DNA of 64,000 bases. Origin: an uncultured Planctomycetales bacterium (GTDB lineage: Bacteria > Omnitrophota > Gorgyraeia > Zapsychrales > JANLHA01). The position numbers and the translations under genes are program-made. Below are positions 1 through 9,416 of the stretch, one piece after another; the stretch's first letter is position 1, and every line of letters begins with the position of its first letter. The stretch covers positions 3,835-67,834 of the forward strand of contig CAYVEC010000008.1 of NCBI GenBank assembly GCA_964450385.1, in the 5' to 3' direction. The notes under the pieces are model-generated. The model was given only the letters and a program-made list of their open reading frames with translations. It searched no databases and had not been told where the DNA came from.

Positions 1-1450
1 TTTCGGGATGAAATATTCTCTGCCCTCACGGGAGCTCATCGCGGACCAGATCGAGACGATCCTCTGTGCTCATCCTTGTGATGCCTGGATTGGGATCGGG
101 AACTGCGATAAGATCGTGCCCGGCATGCTCAATGCCATGGTGCGTGTGAATATCCCCGCGGTCTATGTGAGCGGGGGCCCGATGCTCTCGGGACTTGGCA
201 ACACGGACCTGATATCGGTTTTTGAAGGGGTGGGGAAAAATTCGGTTGGAAAAATGGGTGACAAAGAACTCTCTGAGCTTGCCCAGGTCGCCTGCCCAGG
301 ATACGGCAGTTGTTCAGGAATGTTTACCGCCAATTCAATGAACTGTATCGCGGAAGTCCTCGGTATTGCCCTTCCCGGGAACGGTTCGATCACGGCAACA
401 CAGCGGATCCCAGGTTCACGCCATCAGCATACCTTGAATCCTGAACGGATCAATTTGACCCGGCAGGCGGCTCGAACGCTGATTGAAGTGATGAACAAGA
501 AGGTCCGGCCCCTCGACATCATTACCCGGGAGGCGATCGATAATGCCTTTGTCCTTGACATGGCCATGGGCGGATCGAGCAATACGGTTTTGCATGTCCT
601 GGCTCTTGCGAGCGAGGCCGGGATCCCGTATGACCTGAATCGTCTCAACGAGCTCTCGAAGAGCACCGCGAATGTGGTCAAGATCGCGCCATCGCGCCCC
701 GAGGTCCATATCGAAGACGTTCATCGCGTCGGCGGAATGGGGGCGATCCTTAAATCGATCGCGGCCCACGGGCATCGCGCGTTAACGCTTTCTTCAAAGA
801 CGATCTATGGAACGCTCGGCGACTATGTCAATCGATCGCCTGATCCGGACGGTGAGATCATCCGAACGGTGCCCAAGGCGTTCTCACCCGAGGGAGGGCT
901 CACGATCCTGTTTGGAAATTTCGCGACTCGCGGCGCGGTTCTCAAAACAAGCGGCGTCGATCCGGACATGCTGACATTCCGCGGCCCGGCCCGGATCTTT
1001 GAATCCCAGGAGGAGGCCCTTGACGGCATCCTCCACGGCAAGGTCCACGACGGCGATGTGGTCGTGATCCGGTTCGAAGGCCCACGAGGCGGGCCTGGAA
1101 TGCAGGAGATGCTCTCGCCCACCTCCGCGATCAAGGGGGCTGGAATCCGAGCGGCGCTGATTACCGATGGACGGTTTTCCGGAGGGACGCGCGGGCTCTG
1201 CATCGGCCATGTTTCGCCTGAGGCAGCAGCGGGGGGCGAGATCGCGATCCTCCGGAACGGGGACATCATCGCGATCGATGTCGCGAAACGGGCGATGAAT
1301 GTCGAGCTGTCCGATACCGAGATCGCTCAACGCAAAAAGGCGCTCGTGCCGTTTAAAAGTAAGATCAAGGGCGGTTGGCTCGCCCGATATACCGCCTTTG
1401 TGACAAGCGCGGATACAGGGGCTGTGTTCCGCGACAGAATCGAGGGCTAA
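1..1450 (+). CDS. ilvD: dihydroxy-acid dehydratase, 5'-truncated by the window edge (C-terminal ~480 aa present)
   Basis: ORF 8..1450 has the IlvD/EDD family signature [18 protein letters not shown] and a C-terminal [16 protein letters not shown] motif. The reading frame is open to position 1, so the start lies upstream of the window. Confidence 0.8.
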   Translation, partial: FGMKYSLPSRELIADQIETILCAHPCDAWIGIGNCDKIVPGMLNAMVRVNIPAVYVSGGPMLSGLGNTDLISVFEGVGKNSVGKMGDKELSELAQVACPGYGSCSGMFTANSMNCIAEVLGIALPGNGSITATQRIPGSRHQHTLNPERINLTRQAARTLIEVMNKKVRPLDIITREAIDNAFVLDMAMGGSSNTVLHVLALASEAGIPYDLNRLNELSKSTANVVKIAPSRPEVHIEDVHRVGGMGAILKSIAAHGHRALTLSSKTIYGTLGDYVNRSPDPDGEIIRTVPKAFSPEGGLTILFGNFATRGAVLKTSGVDPDMLTFRGPARIFESQEEALDGILHGKVHDGDVVVIRFEGPRGGPGMQEMLSPTSAIKGAGIRAALITDGRFSGGTRGLCIGHVSPEAAAGGEIAILRNGDIIAIDVAKRAMNVELSDTEIAQRKKALVPFKSKIKGGWLARYTAFVTSADTGAVFRDRIEG

Positions 1451-1466
1451 CCAGGGGCCATCGTGT

Positions 1467-2282
1467 ATGGGCAAACGCATTCTGATTGTTGATGATGACA
1501 ATGATATCCTCACGTCAACGGCTCAGGTATTGCGAAAACACGGGTTTGAGGTGATGACGGCGCAGAGCGGCCGAACGGCCTTGAGCGTTCTTGAGCACAC
1601 CCTTCCGGATCTTGTCCTCACCGATGTCCTCATGCCGGATATTGATGGATTTTCCCTGTTTAAAAGTCTGAAGACCTGCCAACGCACCTCGCAGATCCCG
1701 GTTGTTATCGTGACCGGCCGCGGACAGATGAGGGATTCCTTTGCCGCGATCGGAGCCTGCGGGTTTTTAGCGAAACCGTTCACGCCTCAGGAATTGATCA
1801 GTCAGATCGAAGAGACGTTTTCCGTACGCCAGATGGCGCAGGCCGACGATACCGATGTGGGGCGCCAACAGATCCTCCTTGTTGGATCGGCGACGGCGCG
1901 TGATTTCGTGTCCACGACCGCGGATTTTATCCGTCAGGCCGGCTATCCGATCGCGGTCGCGACCTCTGTGGCGCAGGCCGCGGCAGCGGCGATCGACACC
2001 CCGATCGACATTGTATTAACCGATGTCCAGCTTGATAAGCCCGTCGCCGAGTTGGTCGCGATCCTGCGCGGTCTGCCATCGCATCCGGTCACAACGATTT
2101 TCGGTTTTTCGTACTATTCCATCGACGAACTCGATGCCGATGGCCAGCGCCGGCGTGTCCTTGCGATCGAATCCGCGGCCTTATCTTTTGTCAAGAGCGG
2201 CGGCACCGCGTATCTTGGCCGCTGGCATAATCAGCTCTTTTTAGATCTCTGCCGACAGAATTTTCAACCAAACGCGCCATGA
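1467..2282 (+). CDS. response regulator with tandem receiver domains (second REC degenerate), no output domain
   Basis: N-terminal REC has ILIVDDD...LVLTDVLMPDIDG...AKPF. The second half repeats the pattern (ILLVGS...IVLTDVQLDKP). Confidence 0.7.
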   Translation: MGKRILIVDDDNDILTSTAQVLRKHGFEVMTAQSGRTALSVLEHTLPDLVLTDVLMPDIDGFSLFKSLKTCQRTSQIPVVIVTGRGQMRDSFAAIGACGFLAKPFTPQELISQIEETFSVRQMAQADDTDVGRQQILLVGSATARDFVSTTADFIRQAGYPIAVATSVAQAAAAAIDTPIDIVLTDVQLDKPVAELVAILRGLPSHPVTTIFGFSYYSIDELDADGQRRRVLAIESAALSFVKSGGTAYLGRWHNQLFLDLCRQNFQPNAP

Positions 2283-2836
2283 CCCTCATATTAAAAAAAA
2301 TTATGGATCTTCCTTACAGAGCCGACCGGATGCGTGAGCTCCTCCTCATGGCCCGGGGCCTGGGGATCCCGGAACCGCGGTTGAAAATGTACGGCGAGGG
2401 CGATAAGGAGGAGGCCCTCGTGATCTTAATTTATGACACGCTCAAAAGTCACGCCGACCGTCGTCGAAAGAACCTTCGTTTTATCGCCCTTATTATGGTA
2501 GGGGCCGCGGTGATCATTGCCGGTCTTTTTCTCGTCCCGGCGACCTTTCGGTACCGTAAGGTCATCGATGTCGCCGAGGAAGAACGCAAGGAAACAGTCT
2601 ATACCGGCATCACGGCAGCTGGCGACGAGGTTCAGGATGAAAAGGCCCGCCCGGTTCTTTTCCGCGCCATGAGCGGTACGTATATTGAAGATGATGAGGA
2701 GGGGAACACCCTTTTTGAATATCTTTATGAAGACGGCCGAATGGTCAAAAAGAAAAAATATGCCCGGGATGGGAACGTCGAATCCGAAATCGAATTCAAC
2801 GAGGACGGAGACCCGATCTTGAAAACATTCAAATAG
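2279..2836 (+). CDS. hypothetical single-pass membrane protein with C-terminal MORN/YwqK-like repeat
   Basis: ATGA overlap with the upstream regulator. One hydrophobic TM segment (FIALIMVGAAVIIAGLFLV). C-terminus is YEDGRMVKKKKYARDGNVESEIEFNEDGDPI. Confidence 0.45.
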   Translation: MTLILKKIMDLPYRADRMRELLLMARGLGIPEPRLKMYGEGDKEEALVILIYDTLKSHADRRRKNLRFIALIMVGAAVIIAGLFLVPATFRYRKVIDVAEEERKETVYTGITAAGDEVQDEKARPVLFRAMSGTYIEDDEEGNTLFEYLYEDGRMVKKKKYARDGNVESEIEFNEDGDPILKTFK

Positions 2837-2852
2837 CAACAGGGACCGCATT

Positions 2853-3323
2853 GTGAAACGACCGCTCGGGGTGAGCGCCCTTTCCATTATCATGACCTGC
2901 GTGGGCAGTATTTTTTCCTTCGTCATTTTCATCGAGGTCCTTGATGCCCTGCGCGTCGGAGGGCTCTACGCGGTCACGATCTCTTCCCCCGTAGCCCTGG
3001 CGGGATTTTTCTTATACGGATGCCTGCCGGTGATCTTTTACTCTGCCGGGGTCGGGCTCTACATGTCCCGGGAATGGGCCCGGGCGCTCACCGTGAGCGT
3101 GGCGTGCCCCGCGATTTTTTTTCTCCTCCTGAACTTTGTCTACAATGCAATCAAGACCCAATATCGGCTCTACCACCTGAATGTGTTCGAATTTTATATT
3201 GAGAATCCGGTCCTGCTCATCGAAATCATTGCGGTTTATGCTGTCCTCGTTGCCCCGATTATCGTGTATCTCCGTCTCCCTCGGGTCAAAAGGTATTTTG
3301 CCGAGGTCCATCCCGTCCCCTAG
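2853..3323 (+). CDS. hypothetical polytopic membrane protein
   Basis: GTG start, 156 aa, about 4 hydrophobic helices. No recognisable motif. Confidence 0.45.
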   Translation: MKRPLGVSALSIIMTCVGSIFSFVIFIEVLDALRVGGLYAVTISSPVALAGFFLYGCLPVIFYSAGVGLYMSREWARALTVSVACPAIFFLLLNFVYNAIKTQYRLYHLNVFEFYIENPVLLIEIIAVYAVLVAPIIVYLRLPRVKRYFAEVHPVP

Positions 3324-3380
3324 GCCTTTTTTCCAGCGTCGGAATATGTTACACTTATACTGTCGTTGAAGGAGGGACCG

Positions 3381-3773
3381 ATGCGTCAGTTATACGTCGT
3401 GTTCATAATTTGCCTGGTCATGTTAGTGCCTGCCCTGGGAGAGGCCAGCCGCACTCCTCATCCCATTCAGCTCTTTGAACAGGCCACGGGCTGGCTTCAG
3501 GATGTCGATGACAATCCTGATCTTATGAAAAAATCCGTGTCGATCTTTGCCGATCTGATCGAGGAATATCCTACGTCACCTCTCGGATATTTAGGAATGA
3601 GTTATGTCTTTCGCCACATTGCCGACCTCGGGAACGACAAGTATGATATGCGGCAATTGCGGGACACGGCCTTTCCTTTTGCGGTTCAGGCCTTGCGTCT
3701 TGGGCCCACCCTGCCTGAGGTCCATGAGAATTATGCGTTCTTTCAACGGTTTTTTTCGATCGATCTAGAATAG
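3381..3773 (+). CDS. hypothetical secreted protein
   Basis: ATG at 3381 preceded by GAAGGAGGGACCG. N-terminal signal peptide LYVVFIICLVMLVPALGEA. Confidence 0.5.
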   Translation: MRQLYVVFIICLVMLVPALGEASRTPHPIQLFEQATGWLQDVDDNPDLMKKSVSIFADLIEEYPTSPLGYLGMSYVFRHIADLGNDKYDMRQLRDTAFPFAVQALRLGPTLPEVHENYAFFQRFFSIDLE

Positions 3774-3810
3774 CCGCGTGTTATTTCGTGTTAAAAAAGC
3801 CTGAATGTAT

Positions 3811-3838
3811 TTGATTTCACCCTTGCGATTGATATAAT
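3811..3838 (+). promoter_or_regulatory. candidate sigma-70 promoter (TTGATT-N16-TATAAT) for the REC-histidine kinase gene
   Basis: TTGATT at 3811-3816 and TATAAT at 3833-3838, about 10 nt before the ATG at 3848. Confidence 0.35.
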
Positions 3839-3847
3839 ACCATCGCT

Positions 3848-5098
3848 ATGAAAAATGATGACAAACTCGCCCCCGAAAGAGATTTCAAGCGGACCCTACA
3901 GGTCTTGATCGTCGAAAATAGCGAGATCGACCGACTCGTTCTCGTTAATATGTTGTCAAAAGTGCCCTATGGCTCATTTCAGATCAGTTCTGCGGACTCC
4001 CTGACCCAGGCCTTTCAGATCCTCAAAACAGCTCCGATCGATGTTGTTCTTCTCGACCTGAATATTCAGGATAGTAAAGGGATCGACACCCTCCGACGCC
4101 TCCATAAGCGCTACTCGCACATCCCGGTCGTTGTCAATACCGGTGAATACCAGGACGACCTCGGGCTCCTGGCTGTGACGATGGGCGCTCAGGACTATCT
4201 CATCAAGGGGATGTACAAGGCCTACGGCCTCGTTAAGGCCTTGTATTACGCGATCGAACGCAAGCGCGGTGAAATGGAACTACGGAATGCCCTTACTGAA
4301 TTAAAGGAAACACAGTCGCATCTCATCCGGGCTGAAAAAATGAATGTCCTCGGAGGGGTGGCGAGCGGCGTCGCCCATGAGGTGAAAAACCCCCTGGCCA
4401 CAATTCTCTATGGTGTCGAGTATCTCAACACCGCCCTGACCCAGCGGGATGACAAGATCGAGCTCACGCTCAAATCCATGCGTGAGGCGACTCTTAAGGC
4501 CAATGAGATCATTAAGGACCTATTGGATTTTTCAAGTATCACTGACCTCAAACAAGGCTGGTGCTCGGTCGAGGAGATCATTGAAAAGAGTCTCATGCTC
4601 ACCCACCATCAGTGCGAGAAGGGCCAGGTGACGGTCCAAAAAATTTTTGAGCCGGATCTCCCGAAGCTTTTTATCGACAGGAACCGGGTCGAGCAGGTGA
4701 TCGTGGACCTCATCCTTAATGCCCTGCTCGCGATGAAAGGGCTGGGCGGAGAGCTCGTGATCCGTGCCGCGCGCAAGCCGTTCGATGACGGGGATATCCG
4801 GACAACCGCCAATATCGATTCGAGCATAAAGAACGGGGATCCGGTCGTTATCATTGATCTCGAGGATTCAGGCAATGGGATCCCCGAACATGTTTTAGAT
4901 AAGATCTTCGATCCATTTTTCACGACTCGTCGCGCCGATGGAGGAGTGGGGCTCGGGCTCTCGATCGCCCGGACCATCATGTCAACCCATGACGGCATGA
5001 TCGACCTGTCGAACCGCACGCCGCGAGGGGCGCGGGCACGTTTGATCTTTAAACTTGAAGGGGACGCACGTGGAACGAAAGAACATTCTCATTATTGA
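3848..5098 (+). CDS. hybrid sensor histidine kinase (N-terminal receiver, HisKA, HATPase_c), cytoplasmic
   Basis: REC has VLIVENSE...VVLLDLNIQDSKG. H-box is VASGVAHEVKNPLATI. G-boxes are DSGNGIPEH and GGVGLGLSIARTI. Confidence 0.8.
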   Translation: MKNDDKLAPERDFKRTLQVLIVENSEIDRLVLVNMLSKVPYGSFQISSADSLTQAFQILKTAPIDVVLLDLNIQDSKGIDTLRRLHKRYSHIPVVVNTGEYQDDLGLLAVTMGAQDYLIKGMYKAYGLVKALYYAIERKRGEMELRNALTELKETQSHLIRAEKMNVLGGVASGVAHEVKNPLATILYGVEYLNTALTQRDDKIELTLKSMREATLKANEIIKDLLDFSSITDLKQGWCSVEEIIEKSLMLTHHQCEKGQVTVQKIFEPDLPKLFIDRNRVEQVIVDLILNALLAMKGLGGELVIRAARKPFDDGDIRTTANIDSSIKNGDPVVIIDLEDSGNGIPEHVLDKIFDPFFTTRRADGGVGLGLSIARTIMSTHDGMIDLSNRTPRGARARLIFKLEGDARGTKEHSHY

Positions 5099-5450
5099 TG
5101 ATGAGGTCGGATTCACCGAGATGGTCCGCCTCAATCTTGAGGCAACGGGCCGGTTTATCGTCAAGATCGAAAATGACCCCACAAACGCGGTCCGCGCGGC
5201 CATCATTTTTCGGCCTGACCTGATCCTCTTAGACGTCATCATGCCCAAAATGGAGGGCTCAGACGTCCTTTGCCAATTGCGTGATGATCCAGCGACCCAA
5301 AAAATCCCGGTCGTTTTTTTAACCGCGACGGTTCGAGGATCCGAGGTCACGGAAGAGGAGGGGCTCATCGGCGGGCATTATTTTATCGCGAAGCCCTGCA
5401 CGGTGGAGAATCTGATCTCGGTGATCGATGCGAATGTGCCCAGCGCGTGA
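5070..5450 (+). CDS. single-domain response regulator (CheY-like receiver)
   Basis: KNILIIDDE...LILLDVIMPKMEGSDV...KIPVVFLTA...AKP. Start is ambiguous: TTG at 5055 or GTG at 5070. Either overlaps the kinase 3' end. Confidence 0.65.
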   Translation: MERKNILIIDDEVGFTEMVRLNLEATGRFIVKIENDPTNAVRAAIIFRPDLILLDVIMPKMEGSDVLCQLRDDPATQKIPVVFLTATVRGSEVTEEEGLIGGHYFIAKPCTVENLISVIDANVPSA

Positions 5451-5506
5451 TCCCCTACAGTGTGCCTGTACTCAATTCATTGTGTTTCAGCTACTAGGAT
5501 AAACAG

Positions 5507-6259
5507 ATGCGTCAGTGGTGTGCCATCGTTTTGTGTCTTATCTTCTTAGGGATCTCAGGGACGACTCGCGCCAAAGAGCCAGGCAAGGATATTACCCTTG
5601 AGGTCGTGGATCCACGCATCGACACGGTTAATGGGGGCACGGCACTCTACCTCCGCACAATCCTCCACAATAATTCTCCGACAATAAAAATCGATATCAC
5701 CGGCGATCCCTCGATGACCCTCACGGACAATTTTAATAATGCCTATCGGGTCATTCGCACAGCAGCTGCAGACAAGGATCATCAGATACCGCGCTCACTC
5801 TATCCCGGAGGGTCGTTTGCAGTGCATAGTTGGTTTGAGCCGCCGGTTGAGGGGGCCACGGAGTTAACGGTCACCCTGACCCTGCCGGGGCCAGTCGAAC
5901 CCGTCGTTGGGCACGCAGTGCTCCCTGCGTCTCAGATCCCCAGGGCCACCGCAATCCCTGACGCTGACTTTGACTTTTTTATCGAGACGCCACAGCGTGG
6001 CGCCGCCGTTCGAGCAGGGAGCCAGATCGCCATCCGGATCATCCCGGTTGACTTTGCGGCATTTCCCGATAAAATACACATACTTGCGTTTAATTATGTA
6101 TTAACCGATGACCAGGCGATAGGAAATTACGAGATCCGCATCCCAGCGGATGTGCCGAGCGGCACTGAGGTCCCGGTCGTTATTATGGTCGAATGGGAAA
6201 CCGAAGGCCAGGAACCGCGGATACGTTCCAAGACAATTTCTCTTCGCGTTAGCAGCTGA
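5507..6259 (+). CDS. hypothetical secreted protein
   Basis: Signal peptide WCAIVLCLIFLGISGTTRA. 250 aa, beta-rich composition. Confidence 0.5.
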   Translation: MRQWCAIVLCLIFLGISGTTRAKEPGKDITLEVVDPRIDTVNGGTALYLRTILHNNSPTIKIDITGDPSMTLTDNFNNAYRVIRTAAADKDHQIPRSLYPGGSFAVHSWFEPPVEGATELTVTLTLPGPVEPVVGHAVLPASQIPRATAIPDADFDFFIETPQRGAAVRAGSQIAIRIIPVDFAAFPDKIHILAFNYVLTDDQAIGNYEIRIPADVPSGTEVPVVIMVEWETEGQEPRIRSKTISLRVSS

Positions 6260-6270
6260 ACACCTGTCTT

Positions 6271-7755
6271 ATGCATTTTTTGTATCAACGAGCCGCATTA
6301 ATTCTTCTTATCGCAGCTGGATTTTTTTTCGCGGCGGGGGGCTCGGCCCATGCCGAAGGCACGACGGATCCTGCTCAGTCGGCCCCGTTCATTCAGGCCG
6401 TGCAACATCTTAAGAACGATTGCGAAAATTCAGCAGCTCTCCAGGCGATTCTTGATGTCCTCAAGTCCGGCACGGAACGTCTGGATGATCCGAACCGGCA
6501 GGCATGGCTGCGGGTCTCGGATCAGTTTGATTATCTTGCATTTTTACAAGCTCGTGTCACCTTCTACCGCCAGAGCAACGAACGAATCCGCTCACAGCTG
6601 GTGGCGAACGGCGTGGCGATGATCCCCGAGGAAAAACTCGCCGCGGAACCTGCGTCAATAACGCCGGTTTTTCCCGATGGTTCCGCGGATGTGACGCTTT
6701 TTGACCGCGATCCCTCTGCCGGTCTGCCGGTTGACCGTGCCGCCGACGCGGTCCGCGATATTCAGCAACAGCTCGTGGCCCGCCTTGACCGTGTCCAGGA
6801 ACTGAATCAACGGCTGCGCGCATGCCAGCGCGAGCGGTATCAGACGCTGGCGGTCGAAACCCAGAATTCCGTGATGACAACGGATCGTTCTCTTGTCAAA
6901 ACGCTTGAAGAAAAAGAGGGCATTATCGATCAACAGCGGCAGCAGATCGAAGACCTCGAGAAGGGGTTTCAAGGGGTGCAGCATGAGGTGGGGGGGCTTC
7001 GGGACCAGATCGCGGATAATAATGAGCGCATCAAACAAATGACCGCTGATCTGGCCAGTCTCACGCTCACCTCGCATGAAAAAGATTTTGCCCTGGCTGA
7101 GCGCAACCAGCGGCTTCAGGACCTTGAGGCCACGGTCACGGAAACAACCGAACGCCTGCGGCTTGTTCAAAAAATCATTGCGGAAAAAGACACGTATATC
7201 CAGGACCTCGAACAACGGATCGATCAGATCGCCGCGATACCCACGAAGGCCACGTCTGTGACGGTCGATGACCTAAAGACCGAGGTCAATGAGATCCGAT
7301 CGTCGATGACGGATCAGGCCATGGCGCACGAGGAGCAGATCCTTGAACTTGCCGCTGCGGTTCAGCAGATGGCCGATCAATATGACGCCCTCAAGATCGA
7401 TGATTTTAAAAAGACGGTCATTATTCAAAAGATGCAGGGGCTTCTGGCTGAACGGTCCGATGAACTCGCCCGTACCCAGGCGCTCAGCACTTCGAAAGAC
7501 ACGGCCCTGATCCAGCTTCGGGAACGGGTCCGGCAATATCGCCTCAAGATCGCTGAACTGACCCTCCAATTAATAAAGTCCGACGGAAATGGTCGATTGA
7601 ATTCAGGCTCAAGCGATCGACGCGCTCAAGGCATCACCGAGGATAGCGAGCCGGCGGCGCGTGTCTCGGCGGTGGATCCGCTCCCTGCACTACCAGCCAT
7701 TTATGAAAGGACCGTTGCCCATGTGGAGAAACTCTTCCAGAATACCCAGCCCTGA
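6271..7755 (+). CDS. secreted long coiled-coil protein (TPR-like N-terminus, Pro-rich C-terminus)
   Basis: Signal peptide, then about 300 aa of heptad-like Q/E/L-rich sequence (DLEKGFQGVQHEV...LQDLEATVTETTERLRLVQKIIAEKD...). Confidence 0.5.
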   Translation: MHFLYQRAALILLIAAGFFFAAGGSAHAEGTTDPAQSAPFIQAVQHLKNDCENSAALQAILDVLKSGTERLDDPNRQAWLRVSDQFDYLAFLQARVTFYRQSNERIRSQLVANGVAMIPEEKLAAEPASITPVFPDGSADVTLFDRDPSAGLPVDRAADAVRDIQQQLVARLDRVQELNQRLRACQRERYQTLAVETQNSVMTTDRSLVKTLEEKEGIIDQQRQQIEDLEKGFQGVQHEVGGLRDQIADNNERIKQMTADLASLTLTSHEKDFALAERNQRLQDLEATVTETTERLRLVQKIIAEKDTYIQDLEQRIDQIAAIPTKATSVTVDDLKTEVNEIRSSMTDQAMAHEEQILELAAAVQQMADQYDALKIDDFKKTVIIQKMQGLLAERSDELARTQALSTSKDTALIQLRERVRQYRLKIAELTLQLIKSDGNGRLNSGSSDRRAQGITEDSEPAARVSAVDPLPALPAIYERTVAHVEKLFQNTQP

Positions 7756-9259
7756 TCCGCGCGTGTTGGCGGTGCGGTTTCCGATTATTCTTTTAATGGT
7801 CTTGGTCGGTTTCTTTGGCGTGGGCGCTCGGGCTCTCGCCTCGGACGGATTGATTGCGCCGGAGATCGCTGACGCGGTCGTTAAGATTTACGTCACCTCG
7901 AATCCGATGGATTATTCGATGCCATGGCAATCCGCGGGCAGCGGATCCCAGACCGGTTCCGGATGCGTTCTTCCCGGCGGACGGATCATCACGAATGCCC
8001 ATGTCGTGACCGACCACACCTTTATTCAGGTGCGCAAACAGTCTTCCCCCAAAAAATACACGGCCCGTGTCGAGGCGATCGGCCACGACTGTGATCTGGC
8101 CTTGATCACAGTCGACGATCCGGCCTTCTTTGAGGACATCACGCCCCTCGAATTCGGCGATCTTCCCCAGCTTCAGGATTCGGTGTCGGTCATTGGATTT
8201 CCGATGGGCGGCGACAAACAGTCGTTCACGAAGGGTGTCGTCTCACGGATCGAGGTCGTTCCCTACGCCCAGACGTATAAGCCGTTGTTGGCCGTGCAGA
8301 TCGACGCGGCGATCAATCCCGGCAACAGCGGGGGGCCGGTCATTCAGAATGGAAAACTCGTCGGTGTCGCCATGCAGCTCATCGCGAGCAGCCAGAACAT
8401 CGGATTCATGATCCCGATGCCGATCATTCAGCATTTTCTTAACGATTTAAAGGACGGGGTCTATCATGGTTTCCCCTCACTGGGGATCGACTTTTCCAAC
8501 GCTGAAAATGATGCCCTGCGCGAATTCTACCGGATCTCCGGTGACGATGGAGGGATCGTGGTCTCCGGGGTATTGCCGTTCTCTCCTGCGAACTCCGTGC
8601 TCCAAAAAGATGACATTCTCCTAACCGTTGATGGAATCCGGATCGATCCGGATGGGACCTTCCCGTTCCGCCAGAATGAGCGCCTTGATTTTTCGCATCT
8701 TGTGACCCAGAAGCAGATCGGCGAGTCGATCTCCTTCCATATCCTGCGCCAGGGTAAGGTCATTGAAAAGACGATCACATTTTCCGAATTCAAAGCCCTT
8801 GTTGCCCCGCCGCGGACCTGGCAGCGTCCGCCGTATTACATTTATGGCGGGCTTGTTTTTACGGTGCTTAGCATGGACCTTCTTCAGACCTGGGGAAATG
8901 AATGGTGGGCCCGGGCTCCGACAAACTTCTTGTATTACACTTTTGGCACGGGGCGTCAGAACATCGAAAAAAAAGGAGAGCTCGTTGTGCTCCTTGCGGT
9001 TCTACCGGATGACATCAATATTGGGTATACCGGCATCGCCAACGAGATCATCACCTCAGTGAACGATCAGGGTTTTTCGGATTTTAAGGAGTTCGTCCGA
9101 CTTGTGGAATCGAGCCGGGCAGATTTTATGGTGTTTAAAACAGACCGGAATCAGAAAATCATCCTTAAAACCAAGGGCATAGAGGCCATTAATCAGGATA
9201 TTCTGACACGGAATACCATACCGGCAAAGCAATCAGAACATTTTACTGCTAAGCACTAA
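7721..9259 (+). CDS. HtrA/DegP-family trypsin-like serine protease with PDZ domain
   Basis: Catalytic motifs TNAHVV (His), DLALI (Asp) and GNSGGPV (Ser). PDZ-like GIVVSGVLPFSPA...DDILLTVDG. Start could be ATG 7721 or GTG 7763; signal-like ILLMVLVGFFGVGARALA follows. Confidence 0.75.
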   Translation: MWRNSSRIPSPDPRVLAVRFPIILLMVLVGFFGVGARALASDGLIAPEIADAVVKIYVTSNPMDYSMPWQSAGSGSQTGSGCVLPGGRIITNAHVVTDHTFIQVRKQSSPKKYTARVEAIGHDCDLALITVDDPAFFEDITPLEFGDLPQLQDSVSVIGFPMGGDKQSFTKGVVSRIEVVPYAQTYKPLLAVQIDAAINPGNSGGPVIQNGKLVGVAMQLIASSQNIGFMIPMPIIQHFLNDLKDGVYHGFPSLGIDFSNAENDALREFYRISGDDGGIVVSGVLPFSPANSVLQKDDILLTVDGIRIDPDGTFPFRQNERLDFSHLVTQKQIGESISFHILRQGKVIEKTITFSEFKALVAPPRTWQRPPYYIYGGLVFTVLSMDLLQTWGNEWWARAPTNFLYYTFGTGRQNIEKKGELVVLLAVLPDDINIGYTGIANEIITSVNDQGFSDFKEFVRLVESSRADFMVFKTDRNQKIILKTKGIEAINQDILTRNTIPAKQSEHFTAKH

Positions 9260-9272
9260 TGCACACACATAT

Positions 9273-9292
9273 ATGTTTAGTTTGTTAAACAT
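9273..9292 (+). promoter_or_regulatory. 20-bp palindrome ATGTTTA-N6-TAAACAT, candidate enhancer (UAS) for the downstream sigma-54 promoter
   Basis: Perfect inverted half-sites, 86-105 bp upstream of the -24 element. The same half-sites and spacing recur at 59422-59441. Confidence 0.5.
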
Positions 9293-9376
9293 TATATTAT
9301 AAAAAGCGTTTTTAGTCGCGAATATCATTAAATTTTCGAAATTATTCAGAATTCGATACAAAATAATGATTCTTTC

Positions 9377-9391
9377 TGGCATTTATTTTGC
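9377..9391 (+). promoter_or_regulatory. sigma-54 (-24/-12) promoter TGGCAT-N5-TTGC
   Basis: GG at 9378-9379 and GC at 9390-9391 with the canonical 12-nt GG-to-GC offset. About 25 nt upstream of the ATG at 9417, inside a 157-bp AT-rich intergenic region. Confidence 0.55.
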
Positions 9392-9416
9392 TTTACCCAT
9401 GTAAAGGGCAAAAAAA

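Noticed and set aside
884-1513. 209-aa minus-strand ORF antisense to ilvD. Other long antisense ORFs of the same kind: 18716-19522, 25108-25755, 44942-45628, 54385-55143, 62138-62725 and 30955-31494.
   Set aside because: Each lies entirely inside a well-supported gene on the opposite strand or in another frame. They have no RBS and their translations are Arg/Pro/Gly/Ser-rich nonsense typical of high-GC antisense frames.
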